DNA of 64,000 bases from Octopus bimaculoides (lineage: Eukaryota), in assembly GCF_001194135.2 (NCBI RefSeq), contig NC_068984.1, positions 29,015,751 through 29,079,750 of the forward strand, in the 5' to 3' direction. Below are positions 38,801 through 53,166 of the stretch, piece by piece (within the stretch, counting starts at the first letter, position 1; each line of letters starts with the position of its first letter). Under the pieces are notes generated by a model, which saw only the letters and a program-made list of their open reading frames with translations, searched no databases and was not told the DNA's origin. The translations under genes and the position numbers were made by a program.

Positions 38801-39379
38801 TTTTGTATTTGTTATTCAAGCACACTCATAATGTATATCCAACTGAATATACTCACTTTCAAGACTATGCAAATCCCCTACATTCAAGGCCCACATCTTG
38901 CTACCATGTAGTATCGTATTTCATACACAAACATTATAAAATCTTCCCCTTACATAGAGCCAGGTACCTCCATTAATGCCAGAAATGATAACACTCCCTG
39001 AGTTCTTCCCAATTTGTATTACTCTTGCTACTATACTTTTAGAATGCCCACCTCTAATCAGAGATATTGGGATTTTGTGATTTCTTAAAGGGAAAATTGG
39101 TTTATTATCTAATCAGCTGAAAAAGATGAGAGATTTGTACCAAAGGAAGGAATACTATAAGTAGCTTCCATATTAGCAGGATGTAAAAGATGTAACCTAG
39201 TTTGGATGAAATTGACAGATTTATTATTATATGTTTTTGGTTGTTTCATGCTGAGACCTTCCTTTAAAGGTTCTGGGTTGATCATGTCAATTCTGGAAGT
39301 ATTCCAGTCAAGTGGTTATTTTATTGATTTCTATTTATCAGATGGCTAAGACATATCAGTTTACACTGGTACACACACA

Positions 39380-39530
39380 CACAGTTTCTACCCACCAAAT
39401 TACATTCCCAAGGCACACGTCAACCAAATGCTGAAGTGGAAGACACCTGTGCAAGGTGTTACACATTGAAATCAGTCCAGGAACCACATAGTTGTGAAAC
39501 CAACTTCTTAATCTTACAGATATGTCAGCA
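39380..39530 (-). mobile_element. SINE family B, degraded
   Basis: cagtttctacccaccaaat...gtggaagacacctgtgcaaggtg...ggaaccacatagttg is the reverse family B head/body. Confidence 0.6.
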
Positions 39531-42500
39531 CCTATGTATAAGTGAAGATTAAATACGTCTGCTGAAAGTTTATACAAAGAATTACACAGATTAAGTTTAA
39601 AATGGAATTGCTGTATAAAATTAAATTATAAAAACTTAGATATTGGAATCATTTTATTTTCTATTGTCAATGTAAGACTAAACTAATACAAAAACTTACA
39701 AGACAAAATAATTATTGTAGACTGAAAAAGTTCACTAAATAAGAACCAACCATGTTATTATAAAGATATTCATAAACTAATACCATTGGTCTATACAAAG
39801 ATTGACTGAATTTATACAAAAACATAAAGACATTCAAACTTTTAACATTCCCAAAGCAAAAAAGACATAATCTACTTGAAGTTTTACCACATAATAGAAA
39901 AAATATTTGGCTATCTAAACATTTTGGAAAGGAAACAAGCATTAATCTCAGTAAAAGACATGACAGAATCTAAGGAAAATATGTGAAACAAAGCACTAAG
40001 CTTCACTATTGCCATCAATTCTGTTCTGTTTGATATTGAGCTGATTTTGAATAAGTAAAATGAGATAAATGGTCTGTGCAACACATAGAGCTATAACCTA
40101 TAAATCTAAAAGTGAACATCTTATTCATTCAGCCATTCTGACTTTATATTTGTATATCACATGTCAATTGTGATACAAAGTGGTGAACAGTAATATATAT
40201 GAAACTACTAAACTACTATGTCCGAAGTTAATAGATGTATGAAACTAATAAATTATGCTGTAGGAATTATCTAGAGTTCAGCATATAAAAATTATAGGTT
40301 ATTCTTCTGAAACTAATGTTTTATTGAAATAGAACTATGTTTGTTCTACAGCTATCTTTAAGTGCTATTTTCACTTAGAGCTTAAAATAATTTACTTCCA
40401 CATAATCATATCCAAGTAATCATTGGTCTTTAACCTTTAGTGCAAACTTTTGAGATATTAGGAGACTATAGTTTTTCCTGTTACTTTTACACAGAACCGT
40501 TTTCAAACCATTTTTTCATGTTTTTCAGGTAAGTTTAGAAATTTTGGTATTTGTACAAAATATTAAAGCAAATGTTTTGTAACTGGATTCTTTTAATACT
40601 AACCAGTGACAAATAAGAAGTAATCATCATGTGGATAAAATATACAATAGGTGAATAAACTATCCAAAGATATATATATTTCTTTATTCACTTCAGTGAA
40701 ACATTTTAGACTACATACATAACTAGTCATATTTTCTCTTGTTACACAAAGACCACTGACTTTTCCAAGGTATATCTCAATCACTGAAGTTTAAAAGATA
40801 TGCATTAATTTTCAATACAATAATAGTTACAATGATCTGTATTAGAGACTTAGGTTTCAAATAAAACTGTGAGCATCTTTTACATTTAAAATTCAAGCTA
40901 TCATACAATTCCTTGATCTGCTAGATATACCAACCAAATTTCCTTCAAATGTTAAAATGGATTAGAATGATCATAACTATAACACTCATGCTCAAATCAA
41001 TCAAGGGTAGATTAGGAACTAAACAGCAAGTAAGGCGGGCTTTTTTAAACAATTTTTGTTTTTACTTCTTATTTTAAATCAATGAAATGATAAAATGTAA
41101 ACAATGAAAGCAAAGCCATAACTGAAAGGATACCTTTTTATGCTTGAAAGATTTTGCTCATACCATTGACTTGCTAACATTGTCATGTTAACTTGACATT
41201 GACCAGGTTCTTAGTCTAAATACTAATTTATTTTTTTTTTGCTGGCCTGGCGAGTGCACAGAAACAACATAAAGTGAAATACCTTGCACAATGACACAAT
41301 GCACCTCCTGGACTGGGAGTTGAACCCATGACTATATGGTTGGGTGCCTAGTTGCCTAACCAATTAGACAATTAATCACTCAGAAAACGAAGACTATTAA
41401 AAAAATTGTGCTGTAAAAGTAGAAGTTACTGGTTACACTTGATGTCAAACCTAGTTTCAAAGTGTTTTAGTAACTAAAATTTAATTCATGTTATCAGAAG
41501 TAAAGGTGTTATGAATATATTGATTAAATCTGTCCAATTTGAAATTATAAAAAAATTTGTGATCTTGATAGATATCCTCCTTAGTTAACAAAAACAGTTT
41601 TGTCAGATAGAAAAATACTTAAATGGTATTAGAACCTATAAAAACTCCTTAACCTAGGTTTTTTTTTTATTAAAGAAATTAATATCACAGCCTATCTAGA
41701 AAGATGGCAATATTTTTTAGAAGTAAGTTATAAATCAACATTTACTCTAAAGTGGCAGAATGTTCTAAGATTTGTTCTGACTTGTTCTGTATAATAATAA
41801 AATTTGAAAAAGTAAAATGCAATAGATCAAAGGAAATGAACTGAAATTTGAGTTTTAATACTAAATAAATGAATAGACCAGAAATGTTAATTTTACATAT
41901 AAAAACTAACATTCCTGTATGAACTTATATTACTTTGTAACGATTATAAAATTCAAGTGTCAAAGACTTATGAATGTTATTTCAATTTTAAATTTGAAAG
42001 TCATGGAGTTGCAGTGAAACTGGTAATATATCAAGAAAGATAAATTAATTTTTAAGTTAAAATGATTTTCAAAAGATTCCTATAAATCTTTTCAGTTTAC
42101 ATAAATTGCTTTAAGCTGGAATGGGTTTGATTATTCAAGAAATTCCAAATGTTTTCCATAAATTGTTAGAGTTTATATTATATTGCAGGATACTTCTGCA
42201 AGATACTCAGCCACATCTAAGTGCAATGCATACTTTTTTTTAACTAAATTTAAGTATGTTGATAACAATAGTGATACATATATTTTTTTCTAGAATGTAA
42301 CACAATTCTAGTAGAATAAACCAATCTTAAAACTTTCATATGCAGACTGAAATTATAATAATCCATATCACATGCTGCTACATCCAATGAATTCACCAAC
42401 TTACATATCAAAACTTTACATTTCAATGCAAAAAATGGTGTGTTAATGTATAATGAGTTAGTGCAAATATTTTGACAAAAAATATTTCTATTGGATGCTG

Positions 42501-42899
42501 ATACAATATAATAAATAAAAAAAAATGATTCTGTGTTAAAACTACTCAAGCATTATAAAAAGCGAGACACAAAATTCTTCAGCATTATAATTGAGGAAAT
42601 AAAAATGAAGGCAATTTATCTGTGTAAGAATAGAAGAATTTGAAGCAATGGAACACCTGATTTATCAATAAGACGCTGTTCCAAACACATGATATTCTCA
42701 ATAAAGGGCAACACGTACAGAGAAATTTCCTAGTAAGAAATTTCTGTAAACATGTTGCTCTTTATTTCCTTCTGGGAAATTTCAATCATAGCATAAAAGT
42801 AGAAATTAATGGTATTAGCTGAATGACAACATTTAGTTAATAATTATATATATATATATATATATATATTCATCATTTTAATACAATTTCTATACTGAT

Positions 42900-43190
42900 A
42901 TGGGTCAGACAAAATTTGCAGAGGTAAATTTTCTATAGACAGATGCTCCTCCTGTCACCAACACTCACCTGTTTTTCTATAACCAGATATATTTCCCAAT
43001 AACCAGATATATTTATAGGGAAACTTGGAAAGAAAGACCACCACTTGCATGACAGTGAAACTTGCTTACAATAATGATGTGATATTAAAGCAAAGAGACA
43101 GTAACAAACACATAAATGATAGGCTTCTTTCAGTTTCTGTTGAAAAAAATCCATTCCCAAGTCTTTGATCAGCCCAGGGCTATAGTAGAA
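42900..43190 (-). mobile_element. Composite SINE: family B body with RTE-type tail
   Basis: ggcttctttcagtttc...gggctatagtagaa (family B) joined to the reverse of acaggtgagtgttggtgacaggaggagcatctgtctatagaaaattta (RTE-type tail). Confidence 0.6.
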
Positions 43191-43424
43191 CACACACATA
43201 CACAAGTATGGTAATAAAACAGGGAAACTAGATCTCAGCACACTAAACTAGAACCAACGTATTTTTAAATTTATCTTTAAAGCTACAAAAGTTACTTAAG
43301 ACTGACAGATTTATGTGTTGCATTTTCCAAATTTGATAAGTGCAATATGTGAAACTCTCACCACTTGAGACACTTATGTAGCTAAATAAAGATACAAATA
43401 CCCACTCATTTATATATAATCATC

Positions 43425-43582
43425 ATCATGTAATGTCCACTTTTCCATGCTTGCATGGGTCAAACAGAATATATTGCGACAAATTTTCTCTGGCAGAGTG
43501 CCTCATTTGTTTCCAAACATGGTATTATTTTCCTATGACCAGACATACATTTGACAGAATAATCTGAATGCTAAAGGGTTAA
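43425..43582 (-). mobile_element. RTE-type tail fragment abutting one end of a TTAA-type MITE
   Basis: tcatcatcatgtaatgtccacttttccatgcttgcatgggtc at about 43425-43470; ...tctgaatgctaaaggg TTAA at 43563-43582. Confidence 0.6.
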
Positions 43583-44139
43583 GTCAGTCAAAGCTAGGCT
43601 TGGAGATTAAACAACATAATTAGGCAGGCATACTTTTCTCCAGAAAATTTTAAAAATTCCATGTGACTTCCAATGAATAATGTAAGAGACAAATACTAAG
43701 AAAATTATTTTATACATTGTAAAATCTAGTAATTAATTATTAATTTGATAAGAATTTGATATGGCTGTTACTGATTTGAGACGATAAACAAGTCATTAAT
43801 TGATCAATATTTTCAATAAGTAAAATTTCAATTAGTGTTTCAACAAGTCATTACAAAAAAATCTGATCTCCTGAATTTTAAATTTAGTAACTCTCCATGA
43901 GACCCAATTTCCTATATGATTTTATAAAGTCCTATTTACTTTATCATGAGTCCATATGTGGTTACTTGATTTGTTATGAATAGTAGCTACATAGCTTTCA
44001 AATCATAACTTAGTATCTTCAAAATGGAAGGACATATAATGGAATCCTGAATGTCAGAAAAAAAGGTGGTTACACAAAGAACAACTTAGATCATAGGTAT
44101 GCATAGTTAAGGCTTATCAGGAATGAAAATATTGACATT

Positions 44140-44750
44140 CACATAGGTTACACAGTGGAACAATGTACATGTGGGTAATGTCAATGTGCATGTATGACAG
44201 TGTGTAAATCATTTAACATAAAAATTGGGCATGTGAGGCATCAGAAGTAGTGTGCAAGAGAGAAGACTGTGCTAGTATGGTCATGTGATGTGTATGGATG
44301 AGGACAGCTGCATTAAGAAGTACCGATCTTTAATTGGGGAGGGAAAACATGTAGAAGGGGTAGACCTAGGGAAGACATTGGACAAAGTGATGAGAAAGGA
44401 TCATCCCATGATGGGCCTCACAGAGGAAATGACAAAGGACTGAGACTGTCTATGCATACAGGCATGTCCTCTACATCCCTCTCTTAGCCGAGAGATCATA
44501 ATCTTGCAGGCTTATGGGTGCTGGTGCCATGTAAAAAGAACCATGCTGGTGCCACATAAAGGCACCCATGCCAGTGTCATATAAAAGCCCCCAGTACACT
44601 TTGTAAAGCAGTTGGCATTAGAAAGGGGATCTAACCATGCCAAAAGAGGCAAATGGAGCCCGAGCAGCTCTCCAGCAGGCCAGCTCCTGTCAAACCATCC
44701 AATCCATGCCAGCATGGAGAGCGAATGTTAAACAGTGATGATGAGGATGA
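44140..44750 (+). mobile_element. 5'-truncated RTE-clade LINE (ORF2 C-terminus, 3' UTR, tail)
   Basis: GIRSSVQERRLC*YGHVMCMDEDSCIKKYRSL...RRGRPR...KVMRKD...GLTEEMTKD matches the RTE C-terminal pattern RRLRWYGHVMRM...GRPRKTW. Followed by tandem UTR units and ccaatccatgccagcatgg...gttaaacagtgatgatg. Confidence 0.85.
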
Positions 44751-45865
44751 TAATAGTGAAATAATGTAGATGATTGTGAACTTACTTAGATGTTATCTTA
44801 TTTCTCAATTCAAGCCCCAGCAAAAACAACTTTATATTCAAGGAATACCCATTAATTCCGCTAAATATATCTCCATTCTTCACAATGCTGATTATTCTCC
44901 AGGTCAAAAGAAATAATTGTAGTGGACATGAAGTAAATGCTTGTTAATGCAATTTCTTTAGTCCTTATATATACATCTGCTGTTTAAACTTCCAGCTTTG
45001 TTTCTTTATGTATTCCTAATTACCAAAATCAATGCAATTACTTCAAACTTAGAGAGTAACTCATTAAAATTTTAGGAGTTAATCATTTTATAAGAAATGG
45101 TGTTCATTTGTTGGTTGTTGGGTTTTTTTTTGTGTATGTTTTTTTTTTAACTGGTTTGATTTGGATGAAAAGGTTATCCTCATGTCCTTTGCAGGCCCAC
45201 TATGTGGACGGTGCTCCTCTTGAATATCAATAAGTTAAAGGTAGTGACATAAACATGGTAACAGAGGAAAGTTCAGTTTGTTGACATTCAGGAGAGAGGA
45301 AGTTTGAGGCCTGAGGAGGGTTGTGGCAGGTGCAGTATGTTTAGAGATTAGACAGTTGATTTGTAATATTTCATTCTTGAATCCAATCAAGAACTACAAT
45401 ATTTGATTATAGTATTAATTTTATCAACTTGATAAGATGAAAGGTTAAATTGATCTTAATGACATTCTAAATCATCTCTATAGTTTCCATATTTGTTATC
45501 AGCATAAAGCCTACTACATTGCCAAGTGGTTGAAAAAGAGCATTATTTTGCTTCATTATTGAATATTTCAAGTTACATATTTCAAAAATACTTTTGTTAT
45601 AATGTTTGCATTTTCATTGTTGTAACTGTATGGAAGACATCTTCTATTGCAAATTATTATGATTTGACTTGATTCTTAAAATTATTTGATTATCTATTGT
45701 ATTTATTCAAAACTCACAAACAAACAATTGCTCACCTTATGTAGATAAGATATCTGTATGTTTATATATTGATATCATATGACTTTAAAATATTGGTACT
45801 TGGAAATTTCATGAGATCATATATTTTTCAAATTCAATTCTTCACCTGTTTAAATTATTTATATC

Positions 45866-46170
45866 ATATCATCATCATCATTTAACATCCGTCTTCCATG
45901 CATGCATGTGTAAGACAGGTGACAGGAGCCAGCCAGGTAGAAATCTACCCTAGGCTATTGTGTCTGTTTTGGCAAGATTTTTATAGCTGGATACCCTTTC
46001 TAACACCATCCACTCTGCAGAGTGGACTCAGTGCTTTTTCGTGACATTAGTTTTGGAATGATTTTTACAACTGGATGCCCTTCCAAATGTCAACTGCCTA
46101 ACAGTGTGAACTGGATGCTTTTTATGTGGCACCAACATTGGCAGTGACACCAAGTAACTCGCAAGACAAG
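45866..46170 (-). mobile_element. RTE-type 3' UTR copy with internal duplication
   Basis: catcatcatcatttaacatccgtcttccatgc tail; ttttatagctggataccctttctaac and tttttacaactggatgcccttccaaatg occur as two related blocks. Confidence 0.7.
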
Positions 46171-46704
46171 GAATTATGAGAGGGGCAAAGGCATTTGAGA
46201 AGGGGAATTTGTGTCAGAGGATGAAAGGTTAGAGTGACAGAAAAACAGAGAGGCAGAAACATGTGTCTTGCTATAGTGGAGGGAGCATTGGAGAAAGAGA
46301 TCCGGTATCAGATGATGAAAGGTTAGATGTGACAGAGAAATAGAGAGGGATAAATTGCTAGTGTGAAAATTACAAAATAACATACGCAGTTATACACAAT
46401 ATAAAATCAAAAAGAAAAAAATTCAACTGTTACTAATTGCGACTGAGGGTACTAGGTAGCACTTATATTGCTAGAAATAAGAGTTAAACCCTTAGAACTA
46501 CAAGGAAGCACATTTTCATATACTGACAGGGGAGATAACCGCTCTATAAGCAAAACTAGACCACTGGACTAGACTAGTTTCATTGGTAAAATTGCAGACT
46601 CATCACCAGTGACTATTCCATAATTGAATGGCTTCACTAAATCCAGATGGTCAGAATATATATTTACCATATAAATTCATGGGTGGGTTAGCAAAGTGCT
46701 AACG

Positions 46705-46741
<37 letters not shown>

Positions 46742-47928
46742 TACTGAAATGTCAGTTTTTTAAATAATTCTATTATTTTAATATTGAAAGTATTATATGA
46801 GATTACTGAAACTGCTTTGTAAAATCCGGAGATTGAAAAGAATTCTACATGCACTCTAGTACTCAAACTATTCAATCAATGCTAGGAATAATTTGTCAAA
46901 ATTTCAAATAACAAACTTTTTCACTGGCTAATAATTATATCCTAAATGTTATCTTCACTATAATCATCAACAGTTTAATGGCTCGCTTTATACCAATGTA
47001 TGTTAGATAGCTGTGCATAATAAGCTCTCTCATTTGGGTAATAATTATAAATAAAAATAGGAAATGAAATAATTATCGAGAAATACACTGGTGTTCAAGT
47101 GTTAAATCTTTATTTCATTAATTAGTTAATTTCATTAACTAATTGAATTTTTTCCCCCAAAAAAATAAGGATGACGGATGATGAAATCATAAATCAGTTT
47201 AGATCAGTAATAAAACTACGCATAAATTTTTTTTCTTTTTATCATTTAATTGCTAAAACAAAATCCTATTTGAAGTCTGCCAATCTATAACACAAAAATA
47301 AATAAGAAATAATAATCTCAGTTTCATTTTAAAATAGTTTAGCCGCATTTGCATGCGTGTGTGTGTAAGAATTTTCAAAATACCTCAAGAAATATTAGAG
47401 TCTACAAATGTATGAATCACCAGGGTACATCATGCAAACTGACCAATTTATAAAAATGTACAGTTATGAGCTTCATCAGCCAAACTGAAATGAGAGTTGA
47501 CAAGAATTTTTCTAGATAAAATAGTCCCAAGGTATCAAAATTTAGTCAACCTTCAAGAGAAGTAAGTACTAACTTTATTGCCAAGTGCATCATCAAACAT
47601 AATCACAGCTGTATTCAGAGCTATTAATATATCATTTTCTAAAATAAATGAAGAAATGGATTTCAAGAATCTGGAGCAAAAGTCTATGAGTACTAAATAA
47701 ACTAACATCAAGAGCTTCATTGATTGACTGATGAAGGAAACAATACTATTAAAAGGTGAAAAATTATTGTGATCCCTAGTCAGTAGTTAATGGAGATAGG
47801 GCTTCCTCTTCTTGCTTCATGTAGCATAATGTGTGTGTGTGTGTTTACAAGCATTGCTAGCATAACTCCTAAAGGAGTTCTTGAAGAATATTTTTTTCTC
47901 TTTTATCTTATCATGGATAATTTTACTA

Positions 47929-48312
47929 TTCATCATCATCATCATCATCATCGTTCAACGTCCATTTTCCATGCTGGCATGGGTTGGATGGCTTGACAGG
48001 ATCTGGTCAGTCAGGGATCTGTCCAGACTCCAATTGCTTGTTGTGGCATGGTTTCTAGAGCTGAATGACCTTCCAAATGCCAACCACTTTATTGAGTGTG
48101 CAGAATGCTTTTTACATACCACCAGCATAGCTGCAGTCATGCAGCACCAGCATGAGTGCATTTTATGTGGCACTGGCACCTGTAAAAGACAAGCCTGTAT
48201 TTATGGATGGCAGTGATTTTACTTGGCTTGACAGGTTTTCTCAAGTACAACAAATCACCACAACTCCCAGTTCCTTTTCATTTCCTCAGTGAGGCCCAGT
48301 ATTAGCTTGCAC
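47929..48312 (-). mobile_element. 5'-truncated RTE-clade LINE 3' end with (CAT)n tail
   Basis: Minus strand LGLTEEMKRNWELW*FVVLEKTCQAK*, then UTR units, then ccaacccatgccagcatggaaaatggacgttgaacgatgatgatg. Confidence 0.85.
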
Positions 48313-48761
48313 ATATCTCTCCTTTTAATATTTCACAAGAGAATGTAAATTTTGTAATGCAAAGTAACGAAACATCAGTCAGTAACAGAGCACTTTACTG
48401 AAAAACAGATGGTTCAGAAGTTTGCATTACAACCACAATGTCCCGTGTTCAATCCTGCTGTAGCATCTTAGACAAATGTCATTTTCTATACCCTTTGTTT
48501 AACTCAAACATTGTGAACAAAAACTGAGTAGGCAGAAACTGTACAAAAGACCTTGTCATATACTGAGTCATATTGAATCTGTCTGAAAGTTATTTTAATT
48601 TTGAAACTTTCACATTAAATCAGAAGTAGGTAATACAGTTCATCAAACAACTAAGTCCTCATTGTCAAACAATGGAGAACCACTAACATAACATGATGAC
48701 ATTTTGGCCAGCATGCCAGCTACAATTATCCAGTAGATGTTTAAACAAGTTATTTAGTATT

Positions 48762-49225
48762 GGTACAGTTATGATTATGTGGTTAGGAAGTTTGCTTCCC
48801 AGCAATTTTGGTTTCAGGTTTAGTCCCACAGCATGGCACCTTGGACAGTTCTCTTCTACTATCTCCCATGGGTAGCCAAAGCCTTATGAGTGAATTTGGT
48901 AAATGGAAACTGAAAGTGAGTTGTGTGTGTGCATCACTCTCTCTCTCTCTCCATCCCCCTCTCTCCCTCTCTTTCTCTCTCTCTTCATTCTCTTCATTTT
49001 GACACTGCATAATAGTTGCAAATGAGTGTCACTGCCACAAAAACATTATCATTCATTTCTAATCTTACATGAAACCATGTTTAATCATGAGAAAATATTA
49101 CCTGGCTCAAAAGTAAATGAGAGTTAGCGAAAGGATAGGCATCTGGCCATAGAAAATCTGCATCAACAAATTCCTTATGAACTTTGCAAGCATGGAAAAG
49201 TGAATGTCATGATGATGGTGATGAT
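48762..49225 (+). mobile_element. Composite SINE: family B head with RTE-type (GAT)n tail
   Basis: tgtggttaggaagtttgcttccc...tttagtcccacagcatggcaccttgg head; ends ggcatctggccatagaaaatctg...gcaagcatggaaaagtgaatgtcatgatgatgg. A further degraded family B head lies at about 48408-48560. Confidence 0.7.
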
Positions 49226-52104
49226 GGTGTATATTGGTTTTTCAGAAGCAGTTAGAAGATTTAACATTGGAAATAATGTGTGAAGAGAATTGTTATAACA
49301 AATTAATAAATAAATGGGAATTTTGCTTTGGTGTTTTTTTTTTAGCTATTTTGCTGGAAAGTCTAATATCAGTATGCTTTTTGTTATCTTATTAATCTGG
49401 AGAGAGAGAAAAATGAATATGTGGAAAAAGATATCTTCAGAAATATAGGACAAATTAATTATATTAAGTCATAGCTTTAATCTCATCATCTTTCAGTTTT
49501 TCCTATTTTAGGTAGTTTTTATTTATATATTCCAAGTTCTCTCAGTTGCCCAGTCTAGCATTTTTCACCTGCCTTAGTACTCTCTCTCTCTCTCTCTCAT
49601 ATACATATCATTCATTACAAAAAGAAAAAAAAAACAAACAAACCACTCTTGACATTCTATTACTATATTCTTCAAGACCACTCCCCACAGTCAGCCAGGT
49701 TCTCTGTTTCTCTCTCTCTCTCTCTATCTCTCACTCCCTATGCAGTTCCGTCTCTCTTTCCGGACTTCATTTGTGTCATCATGAGTACCAAAACGCATAC
49801 TTATGTGGTTAAGAAGTTCTTATTATATGGTTTCCAGTTCAATCCTATTCCTAATTATAAGTTAAAAGTTGTTAATTCATTTCAAATTAGCCTATTTTAA
49901 GAGTAATGAATGGGACAATATCTTCCTTTGTGTGGAAATATATAGCATTAAATGTGTCCATTATTTTGAAGTTTGATGTTGACATTTACCACACTCTTAT
50001 GTCTATATATTTACCCTGCTACCACCCTTTGTGCCTCTACACAGTCACTATTTCATAATTCTGTAAATGATCTTCAAGTTGTAGCCAACTGTACTGAATA
50101 GCCCTTGATTTAAAGCATTGTCTCCACTCTAAGATATACAGAAATAAAAAGTCCAGAAAAATAAATTTTGTAGTTTTTCTTTCTCTCTATCTCTTTATAC
50201 TTCTCTATCTTCACAACTTGCTTAGTCTACTTTTTTTGGTGTTCTCCACTGCATGTTATTTTATTTCTTCTTTCCATAGCAGAAACAGTATCAAAGCATT
50301 GCTTGCAAACTCAGCGTAGAGGAAGTTCATTGTCATTTTGTAACATTTGAAGAGTCCAGGATGTTGTTAAACAAGTTAAACTGATCTAATGAAGGAGTCT
50401 AAGTGGTCATTTGACCTACTACAAACATCAACAAAATCTCCCTCAAGACACACTTTAACATCTTAAAAAAGGAAAAACATTTTACAACACAGTCTTACAT
50501 AGAATATTTGAAAAAAAAAAAGCAATGATTGTCATGTGTGGAATATCCATGATTGAGCATGATAAGTCTGCAAGGTCAATATTGGGGATTAAACAACCAC
50601 AAGGTAAATACATCCTTCTAGGTGTGAGATCAGAACTTTATAGCAAAAGATGTTTAACAAGTGAATGCCAAAATATTCAATTTACAGCAATTTTAAATTA
50701 ATTCATTTATTACCAACATAACTGGTATATGGTGTCTGATATTCATGTAATCTATCCTATTATACTAATCAGATGAAAGTCAACTGCCAATTGTCTAGTT
50801 TCATACTGATTAAAATACTCAGAGGAAATCTCTGAGACAATATCAAAAGCTTTTAAATATTTTATCATTCTCCATTAAATGTTCTTTCTAAATGTTTATC
50901 GCTAAACAAGGTAACATATCAAAGTTGACATGATAAGCAATAGAACGTATCATATTTCTTTGGAGTATAAAGTATATTATTAATAACAAAATTGATCAGA
51001 TATGAACAAGAAATGAGCTAAACATATAAATACAGTAGAAATCCACATGGTCATCAGATAATTCTATAGGTCATAACTCTGCTGTTGTCCTTTCACCATA
51101 AATCAGCAGTGCATAGGTCATTTGTTGACAATATATGTCTAAAGCAGTATTGTAGATCTGCTCATCTGTAACCAAGTATCCATACAAAAGTGATAACGAT
51201 ATTTCTTATTTGTATTCAGGATAATTGTTAGTTGCAAAGACTACATCATTGTGTCACGAACACATTGTGTTATTATTTGATATATGGTTAGAGAGTCAAG
51301 TAATTTCCTCATATTAAGTCAATAGAATCAACATTGAAAGGGAAAAGTGATAAGAGGAGTTAGTTGCTAGTTCATAGAATTATTAAAGCATGAGGCTAGT
51401 TAGATTATGTTTAGCAGAAGGCTAAATAGCACTTAGGTATTGCTGTAGAGGAAGTCCACTATTCATTATTAGATAGAATGATGATAAAACAGATAAACAT
51501 AAAAGAGTGAATAAAGTTGTGAGGATTGAACAAACAATAAGTTCATTCAATCAGCCATTACATGTCATATATTACAACTTCTAAGTAATTGTAAGTAGAT
51601 GCATGACACAACATGAGCAGATAGTCATGAAGTTTCTGGGTTGCTTACACTTCACAGTTTCTATTTTAAACATACTGAAATGATCCAAAAGAAAGATATT
51701 AAATGTATTATTTGGAGAGGCAATGGAGTGCCTGTAACATTAATTTTACAAAATAGAATTAGTGTATACCACTGGAAGAGAAAGGCTACACTCAACAAAA
51801 AATCTCTATCTGAAATATTAAATTTGTTTCTCTACACAATGCATCAACATATTCTACTTTTGATCTCTAATTGAATTCTTTGTTTGTTGGGGGGGGGGGG
51901 GCTGAGTTGATTCAGACAATCATTACTTCCCTCTAAATCTAAAGCTTTCAAAAGTTTTAATAAATCTAGGTGGCTACATTTTTCAGACCCTTCACAAAAC
52001 TTAAATCAGAGGGCAATCTACAGTAATTACTTTGTCTCATCTCTTCCCAATTACATAATATTCTACCAATTATATTCATTTAAAATCTTCATCAAATGCA
52101 CAGA

Positions 52105-52440
52105 TGCAGGCATGGCTGTGTTGTAAGAAGTTTACTTCCTAACTACATAGTTTTAGATTCAGTACCACGAAGCCTGTCAAATGCCACTTTGGAAAGTAGA
52201 CATTAAATGAGTGTGTGTGTGTGTGTGTTTGTCCCTCTACCCCATTGTTACCACTATTTGACAACCAATGCTAGTTTATTTACATCCCAATAACTTAACA
52301 GTTAGGCAAAAGAGACAATAGTATAAATACTAGGCTTTAAAAAATAACTACTGGGATTTATTCACTCAACTAAAACCCTTCAAGACAATGCCTCAGCATT
52401 GCTACAGTCTAATGACTAAAGCAAGTAAGAGATAAAAGAA
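52105..52440 (+). mobile_element. SINE family B with internal deletion
   Basis: gcaggcatggctgtgttgtaagaag head, (GT)n, ggcaaaagagac...tactaggcttt...gcaagtaagagataaaaga tail. Confidence 0.8.
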
Positions 52441-53166
52441 ATATATATATATACAACACAAGTTTTTAACAATCTCACGGTACAAAATTTTAAGACTACT
52501 AATAAGAATTTGTGGTAATATAACGTTTTTGTAAGTTCAAACAAAATCAAAGAATTGGCCACACTTAACTCACATTTCATTATTAATTAAATTTATCAGA
52601 TAATTACCTGATAATTTGAAATAGAAATACCTAATATTTCAGCAGTAGCAACATTTTAAATACCATTTCCAAAACATCTGTCACTTTTTATTATTAGTAT
52701 TATTATTTAATCAGAACAGCAATGGCTTGGTAGAATCAGTAACTTATTGGTTTATATGCAGTTTCTCCTCTCAACAAAGCTTTTTAAGGTTCATCTCTTT
52801 TGACTTCCAAAGTCTTTCAATTTCTCATTTAAAAGAACTTCAGCAAGTGTATACAATGTTATTGATGCAATTCATATGTTACATTCTAGCTAACTCTTGA
52901 ATACAGTTGAAATTTGGTAAAGAATCTGAAAAATATCAAATTACTTTTTAACACAGCTCTATTGCTATAAATGCATTGAATTTTTTTGGACAGGTTCAGA
53001 CACTGTGAAATTACATAGGTTTAACTTCTACTTTTTGCTTAAAGGTAGCTGAGTATTATATAAGGGAATGGATACTTGTTATCTGGAAAATGTATCTTTC
53101 AGGTGACACATTCTTTTTGTATAAACTAATATGTTAAAGCAGAGTATTTTTTACTCAATACTGAGA

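Noticed and set aside
42979-43014. 16-bp direct repeat ataaccagatatattt (period 20)
   Set aside because: Local slippage duplication inside a SINE.
47728-47745. Other CTGATGA occurrences (3478, 32627 rc, 47474 rc, 47728, 61491 rc, 62020) as hammerheads
   Set aside because: None is followed by a paired stem II plus GAAA and an NUH/stem I arrangement.
51889-51901. G13 run (and C11 at 16487-16497) as a G-quadruplex
   Set aside because: Isolated homopolymers with no supporting context.
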